Positions 41,187 to 50,480 are shown, numbered from the stretch's first letter. The stretch: DNA of 64,000 nucleotides from Candidatus Sulfomarinibacteraceae bacterium (GCA_963796455.1 CAWCLO010000003.1:96001-160000), one strand, 5' to 3'. Notes: generated by a model from the letters alone, not told the origin. Numbers and translations: made by a program.

Positions 41187-43157
41187 CTATTGTTTCATCG
41201 CTTTGGCGACGGTGGCCCACAATTCGCGGACGGCCTGCCGTGGCAGCCCCGACCCATTGTCGTCGGAATAGAGTTCGCGCTCGGCCTGCCAGGCGAGCTC
41301 GGCTACCGCAGGTCCAGCCGCCGGCCACTGCGATCGGGCACGTCGTGCGATCCACCGAATGGTGGCTCGACCCGGCACCTCGACTCCGCGCCGTTGCAGT
41401 TTTCTGGCAACCCGCGCAACCGCACGAGCCGCCGGCGGGCCGACATAGCGAGCCCGAAGCCCGCGCCCGATTTTCCGACGGACGATCCAGAAGAACGCGG
41501 CACTCAACACCACGAGCGCCGCCAGCCACAGCAGGCGGCGCCATTCGAGATGCCGCACCATAAACGCCATCCCGTCTGCCGCAGCCGTCAACAACTGGAT
41601 CTGTTCGCCGAGCCCGAAAGTGAGGACATAGCGGTCCCAGCTCGATTGCACCCAGTCCCAGGCCATCCGAACCCGCTCCCGCCCCCGCGGCCTGACCAGA
41701 GCGGGCACTGCGCCTTCCGGTGTCGGGTCATACTGGATCCAGGACTTTCCAGCCCCCACCCTCGCCTCGACCCAGGCATGGGCGTTGGCTTCGCGGACGG
41801 TCGCCCCGTCGCCGGAGGAGGAGAGATCACCGCCACTGTATCCAGTCACCATTCGCGCCGGGATACCGATGCCATCGAGCATGGCGACCATCGCACCGGC
41901 AAAATACTCGCAGTGACCCGTTCGCTCCTCGAGGAGAAACCACGCCACCGGGTCGGCGCGGATATGGTTCATCCCATTGAGCGAATAACCGAAATTCAGT
42001 TGCAGATAACTTTCAATGGCTGCGGCCTTTTCGCGATCGGTCCTGAGACCCGCAACCACCTCCTCGGTGATCCGTCGAACCTCGGGGTGAAGTTCGAAGC
42101 GGGGAGGACCGGTTCGTGCCGGGTCCTTCCGGGTTGGGAATTGATCCCGCGCGACCCATACTCGATACACCATCGGCCCACGCACCCTTTGTGACAGAAC
42201 CACTCCGCCAGACGGATCGGTGAGCACGGGAACCGGCGCCGCCAGGGCGATGGTGCCCTCGGGCAGGAAGAGATATCGCCTGGGACGGAGAAGCTCGAGT
42301 TCGAGCTCCGCAGCGCCATCCAGTCGATACTCGACTCCGAGGGGCCAGACCAACCCCCCGCGGCGGACTGGAGAGAGAATAGCCCCCCGCGGAGCCCAGG
42401 AATTGTTGGTCACCCTTTCGAGTGAGGCCGCACGGAGCCGCATCCATCGGTCATCGAGTTCCCCATCGCTGATCATGCGCACCAGAATGGCCGCCTCGTG
42501 CGACTCTCTGATGGCGCCGACCCCTGCAAGATCGACGTGGCTCGAGAAACCGGTCACGCTCGAAGCACCCCCACGACCCGCGACCCACGGCGATCGCAGC
42601 CTGGGCAGGGCCAGGAAAATCGGCACTGAGAGCAATAACGCCACCATGGCGGCCGACACGACGTGGCGCGGCCGTGGCAACATCACCCGGTCGAGCGCCG
42701 GAGCGCCCTCGATCCCCGCGAGGTGGGTCCTCATGCCGACAAACCACCAGAGCACCGCTGAAAGCGTGAAATAGATGACGACCACCACGTGGGTCGAGGA
42801 CGTGAGCGCCACGACCCAGACGAGAAAGGTCGGTAACAGGGCCCCAAAGAAGGTTCGCCGGTCACTGACGACTATGGCCCGAACCGAGGTCAGGAGCAAC
42901 AGAAGATGACCGAGCGGTCGCAACGGACCCACCCGCAGTCCGCCCGCGGCAAAGACCGCCACGATAATGCCGATTCCAATCAAGTTGAGAGCCCAGGTCG
43001 GGAGCCGAATTCTGATCGCCGGCCAGAGCGTCAGGAGAGCACCCACGCACATCGCCATCACCCAGAACGGCGGCAATATGATGTACAAAAGTGGCAGCGG
43101 TGCCAAAGCCCACAAAAGCACGATCCCGAGCAGGCGGCGATAGGATTGGGCGCTCAC
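41187..43157 (-). CDS. Transglutaminase-like membrane protein (TgpA/DUF3488)
   Basis: N-terminal TMs; GHCEYFA, HAWVE, DPTP triad. Confidence 0.9.
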   Translation of the reverse strand: MSAQSYRRLLGIVLLWALAPLPLLYIILPPFWVMAMCVGALLTLWPAIRIRLPTWALNLIGIGIIVAVFAAGGLRVGPLRPLGHLLLLLTSVRAIVVSDRRTFFGALLPTFLVWVVALTSSTHVVVVIYFTLSAVLWWFVGMRTHLAGIEGAPALDRVMLPRPRHVVSAAMVALLLSVPIFLALPRLRSPWVAGRGGASSVTGFSSHVDLAGVGAIRESHEAAILVRMISDGELDDRWMRLRAASLERVTNNSWAPRGAILSPVRRGGLVWPLGVEYRLDGAAELELELLRPRRYLFLPEGTIALAAPVPVLTDPSGGVVLSQRVRGPMVYRVWVARDQFPTRKDPARTGPPRFELHPEVRRITEEVVAGLRTDREKAAAIESYLQLNFGYSLNGMNHIRADPVAWFLLEERTGHCEYFAGAMVAMLDGIGIPARMVTGYSGGDLSSSGDGATVREANAHAWVEARVGAGKSWIQYDPTPEGAVPALVRPRGRERVRMAWDWVQSSWDRYVLTFGLGEQIQLLTAAADGMAFMVRHLEWRRLLWLAALVVLSAAFFWIVRRKIGRGLRARYVGPPAARAVARVARKLQRRGVEVPGRATIRWIARRARSQWPAAGPAVAELAWQAERELYSDDNGSGLPRQAVRELWATVAKAMKQ

Positions 43158-44161
43158 CGATGAACCGTTCTTCGTGACGAGAACACGACCGTCCGTTCGG
43201 CGGCGACCTCGGCCGGATCTGCCGCGCTCATGGGCAGCGCTTCGACCTCAGCCAGCGGCCGTAAAAGGGCCGGCGCCCTGCGCGAAGACCTGACCGGTTT
43301 GACCACGATGGGGCCGACAACGACTCCAACCATGGCTCCCTCCCTCAAACGCTGCACGATTCCGGTAGCCACTTCGGAAATCATCCGTTCGAGACGTTCC
43401 AATTGCCGCGGATCGGAGGGGTCCTCGAGTCTTGGATCGAGAACGAAGTAGACCGGTTTTTCCGCTGAGCGTTGCCGTTCAACGACGACCAGCCGCTGTT
43501 GTCTGGCGGTCTGCTTCCAGTGCACCGCTCGCACGTCGTCACCCTCTCTGAAATCTCTCAGCTGGGTGACCTCCCCTTCTCGTCCCCTCGATTCGAGGGC
43601 GTCGGGTGCGCGCCGGCCGCCGCCGCGGCGAACCGCCAGCGCAGAGGTCGGCAACAAACGTGGGTAGACCAGCACCCGGCTGTTCGACGCGAGGGCCTTC
43701 GATTTGAGGAAGAACCCGAGTGGCAGGAGCACATCGAGCCGCCACGGTCCCAACTCGTGCCAGCCCCGGCTGTCCATCACGATCTCGATCGAGTGCCGAC
43801 AGCGGCTTCTCGCATTCAACAGCGACTCGATGATGACAGCGTCTCCACGTCCATCGCGAACCACGAGGCCGTAAGCCGGAAAATGCCCGGACGTGTTGTG
43901 GAGTTGAAAATCGACCATCGCCGGCCGACCCGCATAGATCTCAGGGGGCATTTCGATCTCGGCTTCGATCGCTCCAAGGACCTGGCGCGACCATGCGCCC
44001 GCGACCACGTAGCTTCCCAGGGACAGACCGAGCAGTGCCATGAGCGCGTTGTTTCCGGTGTTGACCGCGGCCATACCGAGCACCACGCACGCCACCAGAT
44101 AGCCAAAGCCCCAGCGCGTGAGACGAAGACGGAAATCGGGGAAAGATTGGGCCCAGCTCAT
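43154..44161 (-). CDS. DUF58 protein
   Basis: LVYP, LRDFREGDDVRAVHWKQTAR. Confidence 0.92.
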   Translation of the reverse strand: MSWAQSFPDFRLRLTRWGFGYLVACVVLGMAAVNTGNNALMALLGLSLGSYVVAGAWSRQVLGAIEAEIEMPPEIYAGRPAMVDFQLHNTSGHFPAYGLVVRDGRGDAVIIESLLNARSRCRHSIEIVMDSRGWHELGPWRLDVLLPLGFFLKSKALASNSRVLVYPRLLPTSALAVRRGGGRRAPDALESRGREGEVTQLRDFREGDDVRAVHWKQTARQQRLVVVERQRSAEKPVYFVLDPRLEDPSDPRQLERLERMISEVATGIVQRLREGAMVGVVVGPIVVKPVRSSRRAPALLRPLAEVEALPMSAADPAEVAAERTVVFSSRRTVHR

Positions 44162-44167
44162 CGCAGA

Positions 44168-44313
44168 ATTTCGAATTTGGAAATTGGGATTTGGGATTTT
44201 CCGCTTGCCTCAGCCGCTGATTCAGAGAAAGGCTGTCGAGACGGGGCGCCCGCCGCAACCCACAAGACTTCCGATCTACCAAATCCGAAATCCGAAATCC
44301 GAAGTCCGAAATC
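44168..44313. repeat. (GGATTTG-like)n ... (AAATCCG)n heptamer inverted repeat inside the MoxR-DUF58 operon
   Basis: Direct inspection; same unit as 46835-46921. Confidence 0.75.
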
Positions 44314-44324
44314 AGGGCGTCGGG

Positions 44325-45284
44325 TCATCTTGGGACCGGAACCGACTCCAGGACCGAGCGAACGACGGCGCGTTCGGCGCGGCTCCTCTCCCACCCGTCT
44401 CCGACCACCGGATCGGCATGCAAAAGGCGGTGGGCAAGTACCGACTCCGCTGTGTCCTGGAGGTCATCCGGCAACACGAAGGCCCTTCCTCTGACCAGAG
44501 CCAATGCCTGAGCCGACCGCTGCCACGCGAGGCAGCCGCGGGTCGACACTCCGAGCGCGAGAGCATCATGGGAACGGGTGGCCTCGACCACATCGAGGAG
44601 ATATGCAAGCAGATTGTCTGCGACGTGGACTTCGGTGACCAGACCCTGCATCTCGATCACCTCGCGGGCGTTGACCACCGGTTCGAGTTGTTCGAGTTGG
44701 GGCTCCGCTCCGCTGGTCTTGAGCAGATCGAGTTCTTCGTCACGCCCCGGATAGCCCATCGAAAGCCGCATGAGAAAGCGGTCGAGTTGCGACTCGGGCA
44801 ATGGATAGGTCCCGGTGCTCTCGACCGGATTCTGCGTCGCGACGACAAAAAACGGTTCGGCGAGGAGGTGGCGGGTCTTTTCAACCGTCACGGCATGTTC
44901 ACTCATTGCCTCGAGCAGGGCCGACTGGGTGCGGGGGGCCGCGCGATTGATTTCATCAGCGAGCACGACATTGGCAAAAATCGGCCCTTGAAGAAACTCG
45001 AAGACCTCCTGCTCCTGGCGATAGACCGAAATGCCGATGATGTCTGACGGCAGCGTGTCCGAGGTGAACTGGATGCGGTGAAAATCGAGATCCAAGGACC
45101 GCGCCAGGGCCTGTGCGAGGGTCGTTTTCCCGACTCCCGGCACGTCCTCGAGCAGGACGTGGCCGCGCGCCAGAAGGGCGGCGATCAGAGCATCGACGAT
45201 CTCCGTCTTACCGCGAATCACCCGGACGACGGATGCATGCAGACGTTCCAGACGTTTCAAAACGGTGTCCGACACTGGATTCAT
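44325..45284 (-). CDS. MoxR family AAA+ ATPase
   Basis: LLEDVPGVGKT, RIQFT, DEINR, ATQNP, LPESQLDRF. Confidence 0.95.
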   Translation of the reverse strand: MNPVSDTVLKRLERLHASVVRVIRGKTEIVDALIAALLARGHVLLEDVPGVGKTTLAQALARSLDLDFHRIQFTSDTLPSDIIGISVYRQEQEVFEFLQGPIFANVVLADEINRAAPRTQSALLEAMSEHAVTVEKTRHLLAEPFFVVATQNPVESTGTYPLPESQLDRFLMRLSMGYPGRDEELDLLKTSGAEPQLEQLEPVVNAREVIEMQGLVTEVHVADNLLAYLLDVVEATRSHDALALGVSTRGCLAWQRSAQALALVRGRAFVLPDDLQDTAESVLAHRLLHADPVVGDGWERSRAERAVVRSVLESVPVPR

Positions 45285-45398
45285 GGAATCTCCTCGTGGG
45301 AGGGGCATCCGAGACGCCCTTCTTACCAGTATACGGAAGCGGGAACATAGCGTTGCCGCTTGATTCGCCCGAGAGGGAAAGGGGGAATCGCACAGTCG

Positions 45399-45460
45399 CT
45401 CGATTCTCGATTCTCGATACTAGATGCTGGACGCTGGATGCTGGATGCTGGATGCTGGAC
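45399..45460. repeat. (CTCGATT)n grading into (GATGCTG)n heptamer tandem abutting element copy C
   Basis: Direct inspection. Confidence 0.8.
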
Positions 45461-45775
45461 TACTCTTGTCCAAGACGGTGTCTCGGAGAGCTTTCAGGGA
45501 CAGCGACGGGGAACAGGAGTCAGCGGCAGCGACCAGCGGCTGGGACAGTGAACAGCACCCATAGCTTCGGGGCTCCGACCTTGGTGGTGCGGCCGTCGCG
45601 GCCGCACGGTGTGCAGGCGAGACGCCTACACCACAACGACTGTTCCTTCCGTTGAACAACCCGGAGGTGGCCACGCCGTCACTGCACCTGGCCGCTGCCG
45701 CTGAACACTGATCGCGGTTCCCTGTCGCTGATCTCTGCCGCTGACGCTGGATACTGTCGCTGCCGCTGTGATTCC
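45461..45775 (-). mobile_element. Copy C of four-helix-bundle-associated element (empty; contains a REP-like pair)
   Basis: Terminus ACTCTTGTCCAA 45462-45473; half hairpin TTGAACAACCCGGAGGTGGCCAC about 45652-45674; both low-complexity arms. Confidence 0.7.
45584..45634. repeat. Inverted pair of REP-like palindromes
   Basis: GTGGTGCGGCCGTCGCGGCCGCAC and the reverse complement of GTGGTGTAGGCGTCTCGCCTGCAC. Confidence 0.7.
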
Positions 45776-45788
45776 CGTTCATGTTTCC

Positions 45789-45870
45789 GAAAGGAGGAAG
45801 GGAAAACAACTCCCTTGCCGGCCGAAGGCTCAATCCCCCTTCTCCCTTTCCCCCCCTTCTCCCTTTCTCC
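45789..45870. repeat. Purine/pyrimidine inverted tract upstream of xerD
   Basis: GAAAGGAGGAAGGGAAAA ... CCCCTTCTCCCTTT; related to 7971-8076. Confidence 0.55.
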
Positions 45871-45922
45871 TCGCCCCAACACTCGAAGCGGCAATGTGGC
45901 ATTTCGGGGGTACGATATCCCC

Positions 45923-46816
45923 ATGACCCGCGGAATTGACGACCACATGCACGAATTCCTCGCCCATCTGTCGATCGAGAGGAATCTCAGCCCGCGAACC
46001 ATCGAGTCCTACCGCCGCGATCTCCGCCAATTCAGCAAATGGCTCGCAGATCACGGCACGGAGCTGGCCGCGGTCGAACGTGCCACTCTCCGCGACTACC
46101 TCGGTTCACGACGGGATGCCGGTCTTTCGGCACGATCATCGGCACGCGCCCTGTCGGCTCTGCGCAGCTTTTTCAAATACCTCGTACTGACCGAGGACTT
46201 GAGCTCCGACCCCACCACCAACCTGCGATCTCCGAGCCTGTGGCAGACCGTCCCGCACGCCCTCTCCTCGGACGAGATCGAGACGCTCCTGGCCGCGCCG
46301 AATACCAAAAGTACCCTCGGCATGCGCGATCGGGCGATGCTGGAAACCTTGTATGCAACCGGTCTCAGGGTGTCGGAACTGGTCGGCCTCACCGTGGACC
46401 GGGTTCGCCTCGATCCCGGTTTTGTTCGAATCATCGGTAAAGGCCGCAAGGAACGCCTGGTGCCGCTCGGGGAATCGGCGGTTTCCTGGATCGACCGTTA
46501 TCAGGTGGGGGCGCGACCCGAATTGAATCGGAAGCGCCTCCCGGTTCTTTTCTTGAACCACCGCGGCGGCGGGCTCACCCGGCAGGGTTTCTGGAAAATC
46601 CTGCGCGGCCACGCGATCACCGCGGGGATCTCGTCGAATGTGAGCCCCCACGTGGTCCGCCATTCATTCGCGACCCACCTGGTGGAAAACGGCGCCGATC
46701 TGCGCGCCGTCCAGATGATGCTCGGACACTCGTCACTCACCACCACCGAGATCTACACCCATGTCGCGCGCGAACGGCTTCGTCGTCTTTACGACGAGAA
46801 GCATCCGCGGGCATAG
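45923..46816 (+). CDS. xerD: Site-specific tyrosine recombinase XerD
   Basis: RDRAMLETLYATGLRVSEL, GKGRKERLVP, TRQGFWK, SPHVVRHSFATHL, TTEIYTHV. Confidence 0.93.
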   Translation: MTRGIDDHMHEFLAHLSIERNLSPRTIESYRRDLRQFSKWLADHGTELAAVERATLRDYLGSRRDAGLSARSSARALSALRSFFKYLVLTEDLSSDPTTNLRSPSLWQTVPHALSSDEIETLLAAPNTKSTLGMRDRAMLETLYATGLRVSELVGLTVDRVRLDPGFVRIIGKGRKERLVPLGESAVSWIDRYQVGARPELNRKRLPVLFLNHRGGGLTRQGFWKILRGHAITAGISSNVSPHVVRHSFATHLVENGADLRAVQMMLGHSSLTTTEIYTHVARERLRRLYDEKHPRA

Positions 46817-46831
46817 CGGGAGGTCGGAAGC

Positions 46832-47575
46832 ATGGTTTTCGGATTTCAGGTTTTCCCCAGAATCTTTGGAACGGACTGCGACGGTTGGAAATCCGAAATC
46901 CGAAATCCGAAATCCGAATTCGCGTTCCTCATGATCTTGATCCTTGGCATGGCTTTTTTCCCCACTTCGGCTGACGCCAAGCTGGTTATCTTCACCGACG
47001 GCAGGGTCCTCAAGGTGGCCGACGCCCGGCTCGACGGGGCGGAACTCGTGCTCGAGTTGCGCGGTGGTGGAAGCCTCAGCGTTTCCGCGGTCCGGGTCGA
47101 TCGGGTGATCGCGGACGAGGTCGATGACAAATCGATCGACCCCTTCGAAGATCCCTCATGCCGTCACGGCTGGCGCGATGACCCCCTTCCGCCGGGTCTC
47201 CCCTTTCGCGATTCCATGACGAGAGCCGCACGGGCCGCCGGTCTCAACCCATATCTGGTGGCCGCGGTGGTCAGAACCGAATCAGCCTTCGATCCCCTCG
47301 CCGTGTCAAAAGCGGGTGCAGCGGGTCTCATGCAATTGATGCCCGCTGCAGCAGCCGATCGTGAGGTCGAGGATGTCTTTGATCCCGAAGACAACCTCCG
47401 CGGCGGCGCCGAACATCTCCGCTTGATGATCGATCGTTTCGAGTCGCTCACCCTCGCCCTGGCCGCGTACAACGCCGGTGCCACGACGGTTGAACGTTAT
47501 GGCGATATTCCTCCCTATCGCGAGACGAGGAACTACGTGCGGAAGGTGCTGGCTCTCTTCTGTCCCGAGGGATAA
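46832..47575 (+). CDS. Lytic transglycosylase (SLT domain), secreted
   Basis: VRTESAF, AGLMQLMP, LAAYNAG, ETRNYV; GGAGGT RBS before ATG 46832; alternative start 46931. Confidence 0.88.
   Translation: MVFGFQVFPRIFGTDCDGWKSEIRNPKSEFAFLMILILGMAFFPTSADAKLVIFTDGRVLKVADARLDGAELVLELRGGGSLSVSAVRVDRVIADEVDDKSIDPFEDPSCRHGWRDDPLPPGLPFRDSMTRAARAAGLNPYLVAAVVRTESAFDPLAVSKAGAAGLMQLMPAAAADREVEDVFDPEDNLRGGAEHLRLMIDRFESLTLALAAYNAGATTVERYGDIPPYRETRNYVRKVLALFCPEG
46835..46921. repeat. TTTCGGATTT ... (AAATCCG)4 inverted repeat in frame within the SLT 5' end
   Basis: Translates as ...KSEIRNPKSE... Confidence 0.75.
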
Positions 47576-47594
47576 AAAAGCGAGCCTGGATGCT

Positions 47595-48143
47595 GGATCA
47601 CTTTTGTCCAAGACAGAGTCTCGGATTGCGTACAGGGACAGCGACAGAATTCAGCGCCAGCGAACAGTCACCAGCGGCAGTGTTCAGTCATCAGCGTCAG
47701 CGATCAGCGACCGGGGCAGGGACTGAACTCGCCGAACGGATGGCCTGATCGGCTATCGACTTCAGCGGAGCGGGAACTCTCATCACGAGTTTGATCGCGA
47801 TGCCTGCTGCTTCGAGGGCTTTCGAGTGGGCAATGAGACTGGTGTTCGTGGCGGCTGAGGACATGGTCACCTCCGGGTCGTTCATGCCCATACCCACAAG
47901 CCGGTGTGGTGGCCGATGTCAAGGATGCCCTGCACCCTGCCTGTCCTTGACATCGGCCGCCCACCGGCTACCCCTTCTGTTGAACGACCCGGAGGTGGCC
48001 ACTTCGTCGCCTGCTCCTGACCGCTGCGCTCTCTCCGTCGCTGAACACTGACCGCTGTCCCTGTTCGCTGATTCCTGTCGCTGTCGCTGGACACTGTCGC
48101 TGTCGCTAGAATTCGGACACGGACGCGGACACGCGCACGGGGC
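47595..48143 (-). mobile_element. Copy D of four-helix-bundle-associated element (intact leader hairpin, C-terminal half of gene deleted)
   Basis: Terminus GGATCACTTTTGTCCAAGAC 47595-47614; hairpin 47865-48000; left end like copy A (CGTGTCCGCGTCCGTGTCCGAATT). Confidence 0.8.
47697..47864 (-). pseudogene. N-terminal fragment of four-helix-bundle protein
   Basis: 43/50 aa identical to the N-terminus of 55340-55693, then runs into flank repeat. Confidence 0.85.
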
Positions 48144-48207
48144 AACCGCAATTCAGGCACTGGAAATAGGATTCGTGGCTGGTACACTTCGCCCGAGGAG
48201 ACGGACC

Positions 48208-48663
48208 ATGAAAAATCGAAACGCGGCGCTCGTGCTTTGCGTGATGTTCGCAACTCTGACCCTTGTATCCGGCTGCGGTGAGAAAGAGACGCCCGAACAG
48301 CGCGTCGAACGAATGCGCTACAACCACGAGATCTACCCGGTTGCCGCCAAAACGCTCTATGACGCCGACGGCCAGCCAACTCTCCTGGTCGATCTTCAGG
48401 TCGCGAATCAGGGTGGCGAGCCGCTGGCGAACCTGACGGTCCTGGTCACGATTCTGGGGCCTGACGGCTCGCAGAAACACCAACAACGGGTGACACTCGA
48501 CATGGAGGGCGTCCGGCCTGGAATCGGAGCCCGGGTTTCGGCTGCGCTACAAGGTGTGGAGCTGCTCGACGACGACGAGGTGACCGTCGAGCTCGAACAC
48601 AGCCTTTCCCCCGAAGTCCTTCGTGGGCTGCCGGAATTTGCGGAGGTGTCGGGTTCTAGTTGA
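48208..48663 (+). CDS. Hypothetical lipoprotein
   Basis: GAGGAG RBS, signal peptide, lipobox VSGC. Confidence 0.75.
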   Translation: MKNRNAALVLCVMFATLTLVSGCGEKETPEQRVERMRYNHEIYPVAAKTLYDADGQPTLLVDLQVANQGGEPLANLTVLVTILGPDGSQKHQQRVTLDMEGVRPGIGARVSAALQGVELLDDDEVTVELEHSLSPEVLRGLPEFAEVSGSS

Positions 48664-48937
48664 TCGGCCCTGAGGGGAGTTCGGAAAGGCCGAAGCGTTC
48701 CATCAGAATGCTCCGCATACAGGGAAGGACGTCGGTTTCAAACACTGCCACCGCGTCCGGTGCGAGCCGCTCAACGGCCTTGTGGGTCGCCTCGATCAGA
48801 CGGAGGCCTTCGCAAAGCCGGAGATCGGGATCTTCCCGCAGCGTATTACAGGTAACATCGAGCATGAGCTCGCACCGTGCATCGACAAGCGATCGGAATT
48901 CGTCAGTGATCATTCTCAAAGCGTCCATCTCCGTCAA
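48656..48937 (-). CDS. Small hypothetical helical protein
   Basis: Plausible composition; fills the gap between the lipoprotein gene and suhB; start uncertain. Confidence 0.55.
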   Translation of the reverse strand: MTEMDALRMITDEFRSLVDARCELMLDVTCNTLREDPDLRLCEGLRLIEATHKAVERLAPDAVAVFETDVLPCMRSILMERFGLSELPSGPIN

Positions 48938-48939
48938 CC

Positions 48940-49764
48940 ATGGAGCCCAGCGTGCTATTTCAAGATCCTGAATCCTTCTTAAACGAGATCCAACGCATCG
49001 CCGAGCTCGGCGCCGACCAATTGATGGTCCACTGGCGCAACCTCACGCCGGACCAGATCAGCCACAAAGCACGAAACGATCTGGTCTCAGCCGCCGATTT
49101 CGCTTCGGAGCAGGCGATCGTCAACGCCATCCAAAAACAATTTCCCGATCACAATATTCTCTCCGAAGAAGCGGGTTGGAACGCCAGTTCGGAAAACGGC
49201 CCGACATGGATCATCGATCCTCTCGACGGAACCACCAATTTCGTTCAGGGCATCCCTCAGTTCGCGGTCTCCGTCGGCGTGGCGGTCAACGGTCGGGTCG
49301 ATTTCGGTGTGATCATCGATCCGTGTAAAAAAGACACTTTTGCGGCGGCCCGCGGTCTCGGTTTCCACTGGAATGGAAAGCGCTGCACGGTCAGCAGCCG
49401 CGCCGGTCTCGAAGGGGCGGTTCTCGCAACCGGCTTTCCATTCAAGGCACACCGGCTCCTCGACCCCTATCTGGATATTTTCCGAGACGTATTTCTCCGT
49501 TGCAAGGCAATCCGGCGCCCCGGTGCGGCCGCCCTTGACCTCGCCTATACGGCCTGCGGGCTCTTTGACGGCTTCTTCGAATTCAAGCTCTCGGCCTGGG
49601 ACATCGCCGCCGGCGCGATCATGATCGAGGAGGCCGGTGGCATCATCAGCGATATGGCGGTCGGCGGCGATTTCATGGCGAGCGGTGATGTTGTGTGCGG
49701 TTCTCCCGGGGTATATCGCCAACTGCACGAGGTCATCAGCACCCACGTCGAGAAGTGGCAGTAA
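48940..49764 (+). CDS. suhB: Inositol monophosphatase family protein
   Basis: SEE, WIIDPLDGTTNF, ATGFPF, GAAALDL, WDIAAG. Confidence 0.92.
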   Translation: MEPSVLFQDPESFLNEIQRIAELGADQLMVHWRNLTPDQISHKARNDLVSAADFASEQAIVNAIQKQFPDHNILSEEAGWNASSENGPTWIIDPLDGTTNFVQGIPQFAVSVGVAVNGRVDFGVIIDPCKKDTFAAARGLGFHWNGKRCTVSSRAGLEGAVLATGFPFKAHRLLDPYLDIFRDVFLRCKAIRRPGAAALDLAYTACGLFDGFFEFKLSAWDIAAGAIMIEEAGGIISDMAVGGDFMASGDVVCGSPGVYRQLHEVISTHVEKWQ

Positions 49765-49935
49765 CCCAAGAAACCCTTCGGACATTGGCCGTTCTCGAGC
49801 TCTGCACCTCCTGGATTCGAGCAATATCGAGAAGCCCGGACAAAAGGTGTTGTGCATCACTGTTAAAGTATTGTGAATGCTGCGCGCCAAGCTATACTTC
49901 AGCCCGTGACCGAAGCCAAACTCAGCCACGGAGCC

Positions 49936-50394
49936 ATGCGCGACAAAGTCCAAGAGGCTATTTCCTGGACGCGCAAAAGCGAATACGATCACGCCATCGG
50001 CGTTTTCGAGGACTACCTGGCGATCCTGGCATCCGATGGTGATCTCCAGAGCAAACGCTTTGCGGCGGCCGCATTCTCCTACTATGGCCTCTGTATGGCC
50101 ATGGTCCGGCATAAGTACGCTGACGCCATCAAGTACTGCAACATATCGCTCAAAGCCAACTTCATGGAGCCGGAACACCGCATCAACCTGGCCCTCGTCT
50201 ACCTCGAGCGCGACGACCGCAAGAACGCTGTCGAAAACCTCGAGGCCGGCCTCCGCTTGGCGCCCTCGAACAAGCGCATCCACTCGATCTTCGCCGATAT
50301 CGGGCGCCGCAAAGCGGTCACCTTCACCTTCCTGTCCCGAAGGAATCCCATCAACGTCTGGTTCGGTAAACTGCGCGAACCAAAACCCGAGTGA
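49936..50394 (+). CDS. TPR-containing protein
   Basis: Helical repeats (YGLCMA..., NLALVYL..., GLRLAPSN). Confidence 0.75.
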   Translation: MRDKVQEAISWTRKSEYDHAIGVFEDYLAILASDGDLQSKRFAAAAFSYYGLCMAMVRHKYADAIKYCNISLKANFMEPEHRINLALVYLERDDRKNAVENLEAGLRLAPSNKRIHSIFADIGRRKAVTFTFLSRRNPINVWFGKLREPKPE

Positions 50395-50480
50395 ACTCGA
50401 GTTGAGACCTTGATCGCAAGATCAACCGAGAACCTACAATTGCCTCTTGCCAGCAGGTCGATCGGGGTTTATCCTACGCA

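Noticed and set aside
50410..50425. FNR box upstream of nifJ
   Set aside because: TTGAT-N6-ATCAA has the wrong spacing; better read as a GCAA-tetraloop hairpin after the TPR gene
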